A program made the translations under genes and the position numbers. Source: Planctomycetota bacterium (lineage in GTDB: Bacteria; Planctomycetota; Phycisphaerae; WQYP01). Taken from it: a stretch of 42,851 bases of DNA. The stretch lies in assembly GCA_021790475.1 (NCBI GenBank), contig JAJYDU010000003.1:1-42851 (forward strand), in the 5' to 3' direction. Under the pieces are notes generated by a model. It was given only the letters and a program-made list of their open reading frames with translations, ran no database searches and was not told the origin of the DNA. Of this stretch, positions 9,188 to 18,768 are shown piece after piece (position 1 is the stretch's first letter; the number at the start of each line of letters is the position of its first letter).

Positions 9188-9281
9188 TCAATTTTCTATT
9201 TTCTTCCGCCGGCGCACCGGTAATCCCAAACCGCTCCCGATAGCCATCGGGACCAGCAACGCCACCGCAGGCCGGTTCGAG
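9188..9281 (-). pseudogene. Decayed PEP-CTERM C-terminal remnant
   Basis: Minus strand CTC GAA CCG GCC (T) GCG GTG GCG TTG CTG... gives (P/L)EPA, a frameshift, then AVALLVPMAIGSGLGLPVRRRKKIEN*. It is followed by the same trailer as the intact gene (9165-9187). Confidence 0.75.
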
Positions 9282-9305
9282 CCTGCCTCTTCTGCCCTGC
9301 CGCAT

Positions 9306-9477
9306 GTACTACTACAACGAACCTTCGGATTTAAGTGCAGCAAATATGTTGGGTTATAATCGATCCGTGCGACGAGACTTCCCGCGCTCGCCAATATTAT
9401 CGGAGGTCGTGTCCAGTAATGGTTTTGTGAAGCAAGTGGCGGAGTTTTTTATTGGCACAGGTTCGTTGTAGTAGTAC
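9306..9477. mobile_element. MITE / internally deleted IS with 19-bp perfect terminal inverted repeats
   Basis: GTACTACTACAACGAACCT (9306-9324) is the exact reverse complement of AGGTTCGTTGTAGTAGTAC (9459-9477). The outer GTAC or TA could be the target duplication. No transposase is present. Confidence 0.8.
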
Positions 9478-9533
9478 TTAACGATGAACGGGGCGACGCG
9501 GATCCCGGCGGCGCCCAAAACCTGGAGCAGGCG

Positions 9534-10592
9534 TTATCCAATAACTTCGCCAGCCCGCACCATGACCTTGATCCGGGATTCCACGCCGAGGCTCTGGATG
9601 ATGTTTTCGACGTGCTTTTCGACTGTTCGGGGACTTAAGCCCAGGAGGTAACCGATTTCCCGGTCCGTCTTCCCCTGCACCAGCCACGCCACAACCTCGG
9701 CCTGGCGCGGCGTCAGGCCCAGGGCTTGCAGTTGCAGCGCGTGGCCGGCGACGCTGTGCTCGCGGAACAGCAGCGTAAACGCGCCATCGATACGGGTGGC
9801 CAGGCGCACCATCAGCCATCGTCCCGGTCTGTATTCCACCAGGGGCAAACAGGAGATGGTCCCGCCGACCGCATGACCCAGCCAGTCCCCTATCTCGGGC
9901 GGAAGCCGGTTCGAAGGCCGCCGGGGGGCCGGATAGTAGACCGATAAAAGACGCCTCGCTTCCAGCGAGGCCGATAGAATCGAGCCATCCGAACCAACCG
10001 TGATGGAGCCGAGGCCCGCATGTTCGAGAATTTCACCGTCGTGCTTGCGCTCTCGTCGGAGTCTGGCGATCAGCTGCGCCGTGCGATGCGCCTGCCGCAG
10101 ATGCGGCCGCAGCAGATCAAGCATGGCCCGCTCCGTGTCGGAAAAATCCCTGCGGCGCCGATTCAGGGCGATGCCGGCGACCGCGCCTGGCCGGGAGGCT
10201 ACGCCCACGGCCATTTGGTGTTCGACCCCGACGCGCCTGAAAAATTCGTTATACAGCCCCGTGCGGTGAAACTGGTCCTTGGTAAGAAAGTCGGACAGGC
10301 ACAGAGCGCGGCAGCCGGGGTGACGATGCGTGTAACCGATCAGCGGGTGTTCGTGAATGTGGCGCTCAAACGCCAGGAGCTGTTCCCGCGTGTAGGAATC
10401 TCCGAGGAAGGCCGCCCGCAACATTCTCTGCGGCCGGATCGCTATCTCGTTGTATCCGGCGCAGTCCACCGCGAGAAGTTCCACGATCGCCTTCAGGACG
10501 CGTATGGGAAATTCCTCCGGATCGCCGTCCGCATGGATCGATGCGATACAGCAGGAGAGCTTGCGGAATTGATCGGCGTTCAGGCCTCTCAT
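9534..10592 (-). CDS. LuxR-family HTH transcriptional regulator with an N-terminal GAF-like sensor region
   Basis: C-terminal GLTPRQAEVVAWLVQGKTDREIGYLLGLSPRTVEKHVENIIQSLGV. AGAGGAG RBS. Confidence 0.93.
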   Translation of the reverse strand: MRGLNADQFRKLSCCIASIHADGDPEEFPIRVLKAIVELLAVDCAGYNEIAIRPQRMLRAAFLGDSYTREQLLAFERHIHEHPLIGYTHRHPGCRALCLSDFLTKDQFHRTGLYNEFFRRVGVEHQMAVGVASRPGAVAGIALNRRRRDFSDTERAMLDLLRPHLRQAHRTAQLIARLRRERKHDGEILEHAGLGSITVGSDGSILSASLEARRLLSVYYPAPRRPSNRLPPEIGDWLGHAVGGTISCLPLVEYRPGRWLMVRLATRIDGAFTLLFREHSVAGHALQLQALGLTPRQAEVVAWLVQGKTDREIGYLLGLSPRTVEKHVENIIQSLGVESRIKVMVRAGEVIG

Positions 10593-10769
10593 CGGTGCTC
10601 CTCTCTATTGCAGGTCCCACCGGATGCTCCCGGATTTGCCACGTTCGCCCGGTTTGCCGACGGATTTTCCTTCCCCGCATCGCCGGCGGTTCGGAAACGC
10701 CCGCTGGCAATTAGTGTATCCTGTTTGCGCCCAAGTATCAACATCAACAAGAGCGTGTTATTAATGGTT

Positions 10770-12794
10770 TCAGCGATTGGCCACAAAATGCTCGCGCGCC
10801 GCCACCGCCTTATAACTAAGCCAGTTGGAAAGAAACCGCATGTAGGTCTGGGTGACAATCTGGCTGCCGGCGTATCGCTGGAGGACCGGTGCGTGAAGCA
10901 TGTTGACCGGAATCGGATGCACCGCGACGAGTTGCATCACGAATACCTCCAGGCGTGATCCAATATTCACGCTTGTGGTTGGTTTTTCGACCGATGGTTT
11001 GGGCGCTCCAGAAATGGCGATTTTCCCGGCCTTCACCCCGGAGGCCGGTGAAGCCGATGCGTCCGTGGCACGAGTTCGGCGGGCATGGTCCTGGGTACGC
11101 TGGTTCCGGAGAGCGAGCTTGAAAGCCGCGCGTGTCAGTTGGCGCAGCCGCCCACGAATGCCGGGAATCTGTGCCGGTGCGATGCGGTAAACAGGCTCGC
11201 CCAGATAATTATACCCCAGCGGGCTTTCCACATCCGGCGCCAGGGCGGTAAACGCCGGCGGCGTAGTCAGGGGCAGACCTTTGGCTCTGGCCAGCGCCGC
11301 CAGAGATATTTTTCCGGCTTGGTCAGCCAGTCTGCGGCCGCGGCGGATGTTCAATTGGTATGCCGCGAGCAATCGGGCATCACGCGCCACGGCCGTGCGG
11401 ACTTGGGCAAGCGATGTCGGATCGTGGGCGGGACTCACGGCGGTTATGCGGTAAATATATTCATTGCCGTGTCGATCCTCGAGCACCGGCCCTTCACGCC
11501 CCGCCTGCAAGTGCAGCAACAGGCCAATGCCTTTGGCGTGGGGATCCAACTCATGAATTTTCAGCGCCAGCGTGCGCAAACCCAGGGGCGTGTTCCATCC
11601 GCTTAGCTTCGTAACCGCCTGGCCGATGCCGCGCAGGCTTGCCAGGCCGGCCGAATCGAGCCAGTGATTCCAGCGGCCTGTTTCCGGTCGGTAATGAAAC
11701 CGGTTTGCCAGCGCCAGGGAAAGGCGATGATATGACAGCCACTTGGATCGTGGCAAGGGCTTATAAAAGCCGCTGATCTCGGGGTTTTTCCACACCTTGG
11801 CCGTCTGGTGCAGCGTCCAATCCGTCATACGGTGAAAAAGAATATCAATGTGGCTATCGAGCTGCCGGCGAATCAGGAGGTTTTTGACTTGTTCGAAAGT
11901 CTTGTATTGAGGGTGGGCCGGCGCGGTGGTGGTTGCTTTTTTTGGTTTAATTATAAACTTGTTCAAATGGGCCTTGTAATACCGGTAAGCCGTCTGTACA
12001 TCCGCCAGGGTTGGTTGCATGGCGGCGCGAACGGCGGCGCGGTCAAATTTCATGAACTCGAGTTTCACTCGATTTGGGTACCGGTAGCCGAAGGGATAAT
12101 GATGGCCGTCGATCTGTGGCGGCTCTCGGGACTGGTTCGGATTCCACGGCAATACCCCGCGGTAAGTCGTGAAAAGATGCGCGCGCATAGCCGCGGATGG
12201 CGCCGGCTGGGAAGCGGCGATATGGGCCGCGGAAAGGCGCACGTAATCAATCCGCACCTTTGAAGAAAGTTCGCTGATGTAATGCAACAACTGCGGTTGG
12301 CTGGGCAGCGCTGCGCCGTAGGCAAAATCAGCCAGTTGATTGATGGCGTCAAGATCCGCCACCGCCTGCACCACATTTTCCCGAACGTAGACCGAGTTTT
12401 CCAGCAATGCCGCCACCTGCCGCAGGACACTTTTGCTCTGCAACTGGTCGCGCACGTCTTGAACATTCGCCAGGAACCCATTGCGCGTTGCTTCGTGTAA
12501 CAGCAGATAAAACTGGAGGCTGGCCCGGGAAAGGCTGCGGCCGCTGAGCCACCCCAGTCGATCCGCAAAATAGGGGATTCTCCGTAGCACATTCACATCT
12601 ATTTGCGCCTGCGTAAGCTGGCCGTTGGTCAACGGGTGGCCGTCGAGCTTGCCCACCACAAAACCCGCGCCGCTGGTCCCCATGCTGGCGGTGTAGGATA
12701 TACCGACAAGAAAGGTGATCATGAGGATCACGCCGAAGAAAGCCATCAGCGGCTTGCTGTACTTGCGCATTAACTTGATCGACATACCGGGCAT
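10770..12794 (-). CDS. Membrane-anchored periplasmic protein, possibly a PpiD/SurA-N-like chaperone
   Basis: N-terminus MRKYSKPLMAFFGVILMITF (TM) followed by GKLDGHPLT, plus YYKAHLNKF...KTFEQVK, a pattern seen in PpiD-like proteins. Confidence 0.5.
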   Translation of the reverse strand: MPGMSIKLMRKYSKPLMAFFGVILMITFLVGISYTASMGTSGAGFVVGKLDGHPLTNGQLTQAQIDVNVLRRIPYFADRLGWLSGRSLSRASLQFYLLLHEATRNGFLANVQDVRDQLQSKSVLRQVAALLENSVYVRENVVQAVADLDAINQLADFAYGAALPSQPQLLHYISELSSKVRIDYVRLSAAHIAASQPAPSAAMRAHLFTTYRGVLPWNPNQSREPPQIDGHHYPFGYRYPNRVKLEFMKFDRAAVRAAMQPTLADVQTAYRYYKAHLNKFIIKPKKATTTAPAHPQYKTFEQVKNLLIRRQLDSHIDILFHRMTDWTLHQTAKVWKNPEISGFYKPLPRSKWLSYHRLSLALANRFHYRPETGRWNHWLDSAGLASLRGIGQAVTKLSGWNTPLGLRTLALKIHELDPHAKGIGLLLHLQAGREGPVLEDRHGNEYIYRITAVSPAHDPTSLAQVRTAVARDARLLAAYQLNIRRGRRLADQAGKISLAALARAKGLPLTTPPAFTALAPDVESPLGYNYLGEPVYRIAPAQIPGIRGRLRQLTRAAFKLALRNQRTQDHARRTRATDASASPASGVKAGKIAISGAPKPSVEKPTTSVNIGSRLEVFVMQLVAVHPIPVNMLHAPVLQRYAGSQIVTQTYMRFLSNWLSYKAVAAREHFVANR

Positions 12795-12894
12795 TTCCCA
12801 TCGCGAACCGGTTTAGCCGGCGTTTCCGCTTACGGCATTTCCGCAAAAACATAAGCATAAACCAATTGCGGAGGATGGTAAATCAAGCTGCATT

Positions 12895-14358
12895 TCACGG
12901 TGGCCGGCGAAGCTGGGCGGCGATGTGCTGGAGTATCTCCGCCATCGCCCGATGGCGCGGCCCGTCCGGGGTGTTCCAGTAGATGACGGCGCCGGCGGCG
13001 ATCTGGGCTTCGATCCGCCGGCAGGCGCCGATCACGGTGGAATGGTTGCGCCCGCCGATGGCGCGGCCGATATCGGGGAAACTCATGTGGGAATGCTGCC
13101 GGGCAAGATACATAGCCACCGCCCGCGCGGTCGCGGTAAGTCGCCGGCGGCTGGCGCCCATCAGCGCGCCGGGTGGAATGGCAAAAAAATCGGCGGCGGT
13201 TTTCACGATGCGGTCGATGGCCACGGGCGCCGGCGGTCGCAGCCGATCGTGAAGTTCACGGATCAGCAGGGTGGAGGAAGACTTGCCGGAAGCGTTGCCG
13301 GTCGCGCGCTCGCCCAGTTCGCTCCGCGCGACCATCTGTACGGCCAGGCCCTCCAGTTCGCGCACGCTGGCCACGGGCGCCTGCGCCAATTGCATCAGAA
13401 CCAGGTCGCTCACGCGCCACTGGCGGTGGTTCAAAAATCGGCGAAGAATTTCCAGGCGTGTGGGTAGATCGGGTGGATCGATCCGGATGACCATGCCGCT
13501 GACGAAACGGCTTCGCAGCGCTTCGCTCAGCGCGGCAATATCGCGGGGCGACGAGTCACATGCGAGAATCACCTGGCGGTTGTTGGCGTCGATCTGGTCG
13601 AAGGTGTGAAGGAATTCCTCCTGCGTGCGGCGTTTGCTGGCGAAAAAGTGCACGTCGTCGATGGCCAGCAAGTCGGCTTGCCGCAGGCGCCGGCGAAAAC
13701 TTTCCATGCGATTGGCCTTGATCGCTTCGAGGAACTCGTTGGTGAACTGTTCCCCGGTCAGATACAGCCAGCGCTTTTCCGGATGCGCCTGGCGCAAGTA
13801 ATGACACACGCCCTGGAGCAGGTGCGTTTTACCCAGACCGCACTGGCCGTGGATGAATAACGGGTTGAACTCTCGGCGCGGATCATCCGCCACGCGCCGG
13901 GCCGCATGATAAGCAAGCTGATTGGTCGGTCCGGCGACAAATTCCTCAAGTCGATAGCGTGGATTCAGGCTGGCGCCGCCGGCCTGCCCGACAGGCCGGC
14001 CCGCCGGGGCGCAATCCGGGCGGGGAGGCGCCGGCGGGGCGGAATCAGATCGGGAATCGCCGGCGGTCGGCGGGACCGCCAGTTCGATCAGAAGCTCCGG
14101 TTCCCCGCCCAATACGGCTTGCGCGACCGCGCGAATATCCTGAAAAAATTTGTTGCGAATCCAATTGGCGGCGAAGGCGTTGCCCACCACCACACGCAGA
14201 TGATGACCTTCGGCGATCCAGCGCGTCTTGCCGTCAAACCATTGCTCAAAGCGGATCGGGCCGATGCGCCGCCGCAGAAGATCGGGTATTCGGGCCGAAT
14301 ATTCCGTGGGGGCGATAAAACCAGCGGTTTGCTCCCTGGCGGGCGCGGCAACGGACAT
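12895..14358 (-). CDS. dnaA: Chromosomal replication initiator DnaA
   Basis: NPLFIHGQCGLGKTHLL Walker A, LLAIDDVHF Walker B, QEEFLHTF, SRF, SVRELEG, and domain IV SFPDIGRAIGGRNHSTV. Confidence 0.97.
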   Translation of the reverse strand: MSVAAPAREQTAGFIAPTEYSARIPDLLRRRIGPIRFEQWFDGKTRWIAEGHHLRVVVGNAFAANWIRNKFFQDIRAVAQAVLGGEPELLIELAVPPTAGDSRSDSAPPAPPRPDCAPAGRPVGQAGGASLNPRYRLEEFVAGPTNQLAYHAARRVADDPRREFNPLFIHGQCGLGKTHLLQGVCHYLRQAHPEKRWLYLTGEQFTNEFLEAIKANRMESFRRRLRQADLLAIDDVHFFASKRRTQEEFLHTFDQIDANNRQVILACDSSPRDIAALSEALRSRFVSGMVIRIDPPDLPTRLEILRRFLNHRQWRVSDLVLMQLAQAPVASVRELEGLAVQMVARSELGERATGNASGKSSSTLLIRELHDRLRPPAPVAIDRIVKTAADFFAIPPGALMGASRRRLTATARAVAMYLARQHSHMSFPDIGRAIGGRNHSTVIGACRRIEAQIAAGAVIYWNTPDGPRHRAMAEILQHIAAQLRRPP

Positions 14359-14585
14359 GAGCGACTCCTTTCCCGACGTGTATGACGAACCAACCGGCGG
14401 ACACCACCTGCGGTGAAGCCGCCGCCGGGAAACCGTCCTGGTCGTTCAAACGCGTGGGCGATCCGTCGCCTTCCCGATGAAATTTCGCTCCCGCCGCCGC
14501 GGGCGGTTGCTCCCCGCGCCGCCGGCGCTTCTCAGGCGGCGCCGCGGAACCCGCCGGCGGAGGCGCGGTGGAGAGAAGCGGAAGC

Positions 14586-14915
14586 AATATAACTATAATT
14601 ACTATATATCAACAATTCTAAACTTCCATTAAACATGAGGCGCGGCAACTTTCCCGCCCTGAACCAGCGGCGGCCGGTTCCGTCCGGCCGCCGCGTGTTG
14701 CTTTCCCGCGCCCGTGCGGTTGTTTTTTTTCCGCGGCCGCGGGAAGTCGCCTCGGCTGCCATGTATTAGCATTTGGCGAGGGCTGTTCGCAAGTGATATT
14801 TTTCAATTTTCTTATCCACAATATGCCAGTTCCGGGAGAAACCGGAACTTATGAAAATAAAAAATACTTTTGCACCGGTTACGCACAAAGTCCCTGAAAA
14901 ATTGTGCATAAATTG
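14586..14915. promoter_or_regulatory. DnaA-box cluster with AT-rich tract, a candidate oriC or dnaA autoregulatory region
   Basis: Perfect TTATCCACA at 14812-14820, TTACGCACA at 14879-14887, TGTGCATAA at 14902-14910, and an AT-rich tract at 14586-14633. Confidence 0.65.
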
Positions 14916-14951
14916 TCGCTCCCGCCGGTTAACCCCGGATGGAACAAGAAG

Positions 14952-15920
14952 TTATGCGTCCCGCGGCGCCGCGCCGCGCACCGCGCCGATCAGTACGCGT
15001 CGTTCGCCGGTAACCCGGTAATGAGCGCGGCGGTACAGCCGCAGCGCCGGCGTATTGGCCTTGTCCACCGCCAGAACACACCACCGGCTGTTTCGCTTTG
15101 CCATGGTATAAAGAACATACTTCATCAGGGCGGTTCCCATGCCGCGGCGCCGGACCTGGGCTTTCACCCCAAGATAGACCACCTCCAACGTTTCGCGCTG
15201 GCTATGCCAGGCCATCAGCAGTGCCCCGAGAGGGCGCCGGTTCTCCATCGCCAGCAGCCACAGCGACGGATCGAACACCGCCGCCGCCTGATATCCGGCG
15301 ATGACATCGTCTATGGAGCGAAGGCCGGTAAGCAGGGGACAGTCCAGGGTATTTTCATAGCTGGCCACAATGGTGCGGGCGAAAAGCTCGTGGTTGGCGG
15401 GGGAGTAAGGCGTCAGGGTTATCCCGGTTGGCAAGGCCGACCGCGGTTCGAACAACGGGCGGGTTCGCTGCATGTAATACAGATTCGCCAAATCCACAAA
15501 ACCGCCGGCATGAAAGGCTGAAATTGAAAAAAAATCTTCGATATCCGCCACTGCCTGCGCCAACACCACGCCCGCGACACGGGCATCGCCGGCGGCGGCG
15601 GCGATACAGGCGCCGGTGGCGTCCCCGGACTCCGGTCGACAATTCCGATTCGTGATGTAAAAAAGGGCGGATCTTCCGGGATGCGGTATCCAGAGGCACG
15701 CGGCAATAACCCGTCCTCCGGCGATCGCCAGAACCTGCCGTGCTGTATTCACGTTATGGCGGAGGCAGTAGGCTTCCAACGACTCGCGCCGGCGCCGGGT
15801 TTGTGAATCGCAGGATTCCGAAACATCTTCCGGCCCCCGCAGAATGCACTGAAGACCACGCCGGGCCAGTTCCGGCGATCCGGGCCGTACCAGGTCGTAA
15901 TATTTTGTCAGCCTGCTCAT
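14952..15920 (-). CDS. Tandem-GNAT N-acetyltransferase (MshD-like architecture)
   Basis: YLGVKAQVRRRGMGTALM acetyl-CoA motif and LAVDKANTPALRLYRRAHY. Confidence 0.85.
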   Translation of the reverse strand: MSRLTKYYDLVRPGSPELARRGLQCILRGPEDVSESCDSQTRRRRESLEAYCLRHNVNTARQVLAIAGGRVIAACLWIPHPGRSALFYITNRNCRPESGDATGACIAAAAGDARVAGVVLAQAVADIEDFFSISAFHAGGFVDLANLYYMQRTRPLFEPRSALPTGITLTPYSPANHELFARTIVASYENTLDCPLLTGLRSIDDVIAGYQAAAVFDPSLWLLAMENRRPLGALLMAWHSQRETLEVVYLGVKAQVRRRGMGTALMKYVLYTMAKRNSRWCVLAVDKANTPALRLYRRAHYRVTGERRVLIGAVRGAAPRDA

Positions 15921-15937
15921 GATGCGAATTCCGCCGG

Positions 15938-16918
15938 CTATCGGGACGCCGCCGCCCGCAACACACGATACTGCGGCTTATGGGGCGAGTCTCTTCCCAG
16001 AAGGCGCAGGATTGCAAAAGTCGCCACGGAAATGACGCCAAGAGCCAGAATAACCAGTGCGGCAAGTGGTTGACCATTGGATGCCAATAATACCGAATCA
16101 TAAATGAACAACCAAAACAGGCCGATCTGCATCACGCGTTGGCCTCTTACGCGCGGGGGTATTTTACGATTGAAGAATATTACGCCGGCCCATAGGAAAT
16201 ACGCGGTGAAAGACAGCCCCAGCCCCAGCGCGTCGAGCAGAAAAAGGCGATTGATCTGATGCCAATATACCATGGCCGCCAACATCAGGCCGTTGAGGAA
16301 CAGAAGGCCGGCTGGAATGGCGGCCACATCCTTGAGCTTCAGTCGCGGCCGCTTGGATTCCAGGTAATAAGCCGCCGCGCCGGCCAGGGTGATATGCGTA
16401 AAGAGCAACATGGACAGCAGAAGAAAATGGGAATTTGGTTTGCCGATCAGACAATTAAGCGCGCGGATCAGGCCCAGAGTAAGCAGACCGATGGCGCCCA
16501 GATATTTGGCCGCGGCATTGTAAAACACGATCAGCAGGGCCACTCCCATCGCCAGCAGCAGCGAAATGGGCATAAGGACGTGCCGCTGATAAACGATCAA
16601 CATGGCCGCGGAAAACAGGCTCAGCAGAAGAAAAAGCAGGCTCAAAACGGTGGCCGCGGCCGGTGAAATTCGTCCGCTGGGAATGGGCCGCCACGGCGCA
16701 AAAAGCCGATCGCGGCGCGCATCGAGTAAATCGTTGAGAACCATGCCGAAACTGTACAGGAAAAAGGAAGTTGCCCCGGCCAGGATCAGGGACACAACCG
16801 GGTTGGCCGGCGCCGGACGGCCGGGACCATGGAGGAACATGATGGTCCATGTGTCGGCAACGGCTGTAAAAGCCAGGGCGACTCGCATCAGTTGCAGGGT
16901 GGCTAGAAAACGCGACAT
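15938..16918 (-). CDS. UbiA-family prenyltransferase
   Basis: NDLLDARRDR...RPIPSGRIS motif and multiple TM helices. Likely start MSRFLATLQLMR. Confidence 0.88.
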   Translation of the reverse strand: MSRFLATLQLMRVALAFTAVADTWTIMFLHGPGRPAPANPVVSLILAGATSFFLYSFGMVLNDLLDARRDRLFAPWRPIPSGRISPAAATVLSLLFLLLSLFSAAMLIVYQRHVLMPISLLLAMGVALLIVFYNAAAKYLGAIGLLTLGLIRALNCLIGKPNSHFLLLSMLLFTHITLAGAAAYYLESKRPRLKLKDVAAIPAGLLFLNGLMLAAMVYWHQINRLFLLDALGLGLSFTAYFLWAGVIFFNRKIPPRVRGQRVMQIGLFWLFIYDSVLLASNGQPLAALVILALGVISVATFAILRLLGRDSPHKPQYRVLRAAASR

Positions 16919-17128
16919 CAGGAAATCCGTCTCCAGGAGTACTTTGCACCGCGGATACATTGTTAAGTGTACCTGTTCGACGGACTTTTTTCGTCCCGCC
17001 GCCTTGCCGTCGGCCGGAGGTCTTGACACGCGATACCGATTCTTGACGCTCCGGCTGCCGGATGTTAGGTTCAGATGATCCGCCGCAAGGAATCTAAAGA
17101 TTCACTTAACGGCGTTAAGGAGATTCCC

Positions 17129-18655
17129 ATGTGCTTCCGTACGGTCCGTTTGGGCAATCGCAACATTTCGCTTTTCACTCTCATCCTGGCGGGCGTGTTC
17201 GCCGCGGTGTTCGGTTTGGCAGGCCCGGTTATTGTGGCTGGTTCCGTCCAGGTTCCGGCTGCGACCACCGCGCCGGCGACAGAGCCGGCGTCAACACCAG
17301 CCTCCCGTTCCGTCAACATACTGATACCCTCGCCAAGCCCCTCGCTTCAGGCAACCACCAGGCCCGGTCGTAAGTACAGCGCCGTCTCCTCCAAGGCTTT
17401 GTCCAGGAAGCCATTTGTCGGCGCGGTGAACGCGACGGATGTCAATGTTCGTAGCGGACCGGGAATGGCCTATTACCCCATGGGACAATTGACGCGGGGC
17501 GATCTGGTCAGAGTAGTCGGGACGGTCAGAAGTTGGTATCGCATTGCCGCCCCGGTCGGAACGCGCTGTTATATAGCCGGTCAATACGTAAAACTCGCGC
17601 CTGCGGGTGCGAGCGGTCGCGTGACGGCGGACTTTGTCAATCTACGCGCCGCCAGCGCCATGGCGCCCGCCAGCCATTATGCGGTAGTAGGACTGGTGCG
17701 CCGGGGCACGCATGTTTCTATCACGGGCCAATCCGGAAAATTCCTCATCATTCGACCACCGCATGGAACCACGTTCTATATTGCCGCCCGATTTATCCGG
17801 CCTGCGGCGGCAGGTAGCGTTTACGTGACCGCCCGGATTAAGATGCCCGCCGGTTTTCATGGGCCAGGTCTTGCCACGCGGTTGGCTTCTTCCGCTGGCA
17901 CAGGCGGTGCGTCCGCCGTGACGACCCAACCAGCCGCCACCACGCAAGCGGTCGTACCACTGCCCTCCCGCGGCGTTTCCACATCATCCGGCGTACCTGC
18001 TCCGACCAGCCGGCCCGCGGTTATTCCCGTTATTCCCGGTCTGGTGGCGCCGGCGCCGCAGGTTTCCTACAATCAGCCCGCCTACACCGCATTCAGCCGC
18101 CTCAATCACAAAATTCAGCTGGAATTCCGCAAGCCGCTGCTGCAAGAGCGGCATCTGGCGTCGCTTTTGAAAGGCTACCAGAACTTGCTTAAACGTCCCC
18201 AATTGCCGCCATCAGTGCGGCGGGGCAGTATCGCGCGCATTAAATTGCTCAAAAAGGAACTCGCTATCCAAAAACTGGTTGAGTCGGCCGCGAAGACGCC
18301 ACCGATTAAGCAGGTGATCGCTCCCTATCAACAGCAATGGAAAAAATCGCAGGAAGAGATTGCCAAGGCATACGAAAATGCGCCCTACCTGGCCAAGGGT
18401 GTTCTCAAAACCAGTCAGGCCATCAAAGATTACGCACTGGTCGATCCGGCAACCGGCCGGGTGATCGCCTACCTTGTGCCGGCCGGGAAAATAGCGATTT
18501 CCAAGCTGCTCGGTTCTTATATCGGTGTTAAAGGCGAAGTGATCAGCAAAACCGGTATGACGGTCAAGGTGATTCAGGTTATCAGTGCCACGCTTTTGCC
18601 GCCACCCCATATCCGGCGTGCGCCCGGCGGCGGAGGTTCCCGGTCCGCACCCTGA
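17129..18655 (+). CDS. Secreted protein with two bacterial SH3 (SH3b) domains, a Pro/Ala/Thr linker and a C-terminal domain
   Basis: VNVRSGPG...WYRI and VNLRA... repeats, a signal or TM segment, and an AAGGAG RBS before ATG 17129. Confidence 0.82.
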   Translation: MCFRTVRLGNRNISLFTLILAGVFAAVFGLAGPVIVAGSVQVPAATTAPATEPASTPASRSVNILIPSPSPSLQATTRPGRKYSAVSSKALSRKPFVGAVNATDVNVRSGPGMAYYPMGQLTRGDLVRVVGTVRSWYRIAAPVGTRCYIAGQYVKLAPAGASGRVTADFVNLRAASAMAPASHYAVVGLVRRGTHVSITGQSGKFLIIRPPHGTTFYIAARFIRPAAAGSVYVTARIKMPAGFHGPGLATRLASSAGTGGASAVTTQPAATTQAVVPLPSRGVSTSSGVPAPTSRPAVIPVIPGLVAPAPQVSYNQPAYTAFSRLNHKIQLEFRKPLLQERHLASLLKGYQNLLKRPQLPPSVRRGSIARIKLLKKELAIQKLVESAAKTPPIKQVIAPYQQQWKKSQEEIAKAYENAPYLAKGVLKTSQAIKDYALVDPATGRVIAYLVPAGKIAISKLLGSYIGVKGEVISKTGMTVKVIQVISATLLPPPHIRRAPGGGGSRSAP

Positions 18656-18768
18656 GCCTGAGCCGCGCATCTTAATTTCTTGCTGCTTGCCGCAGACCCG
18701 GTGCGATGGGATTACCTGTTTACCTGCACCATATTCTCCTGGCGCGCGGCGATTGCCCGCGTGCCGGT

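Noticed and set aside
5604-9216. CRISPR array or integron attC array from the repeated tail motif
   Set aside because: The spacing is highly irregular (44 bp, about 2.7 kb, about 0.8 kb), there are no cas or intI genes, no RYYYAAC/GTTRRRY ends, and the motif encodes a PEP-CTERM C-terminus.
8712-9359. 215-aa plus-strand ORF
   Set aside because: It reads antisense through the duplicated operon fragment, the REP and the PEP-CTERM remnant, so it is a chance frame.
9452-9468. Sigma54 promoter (TTGGCACAGGTTCGTTG), and a similar TGGCATAACCTTGC at about 36771-36784 on the minus strand
   Set aside because: The GG-N10-GC spacing is not met in either case, and the first overlaps a MITE terminal repeat.
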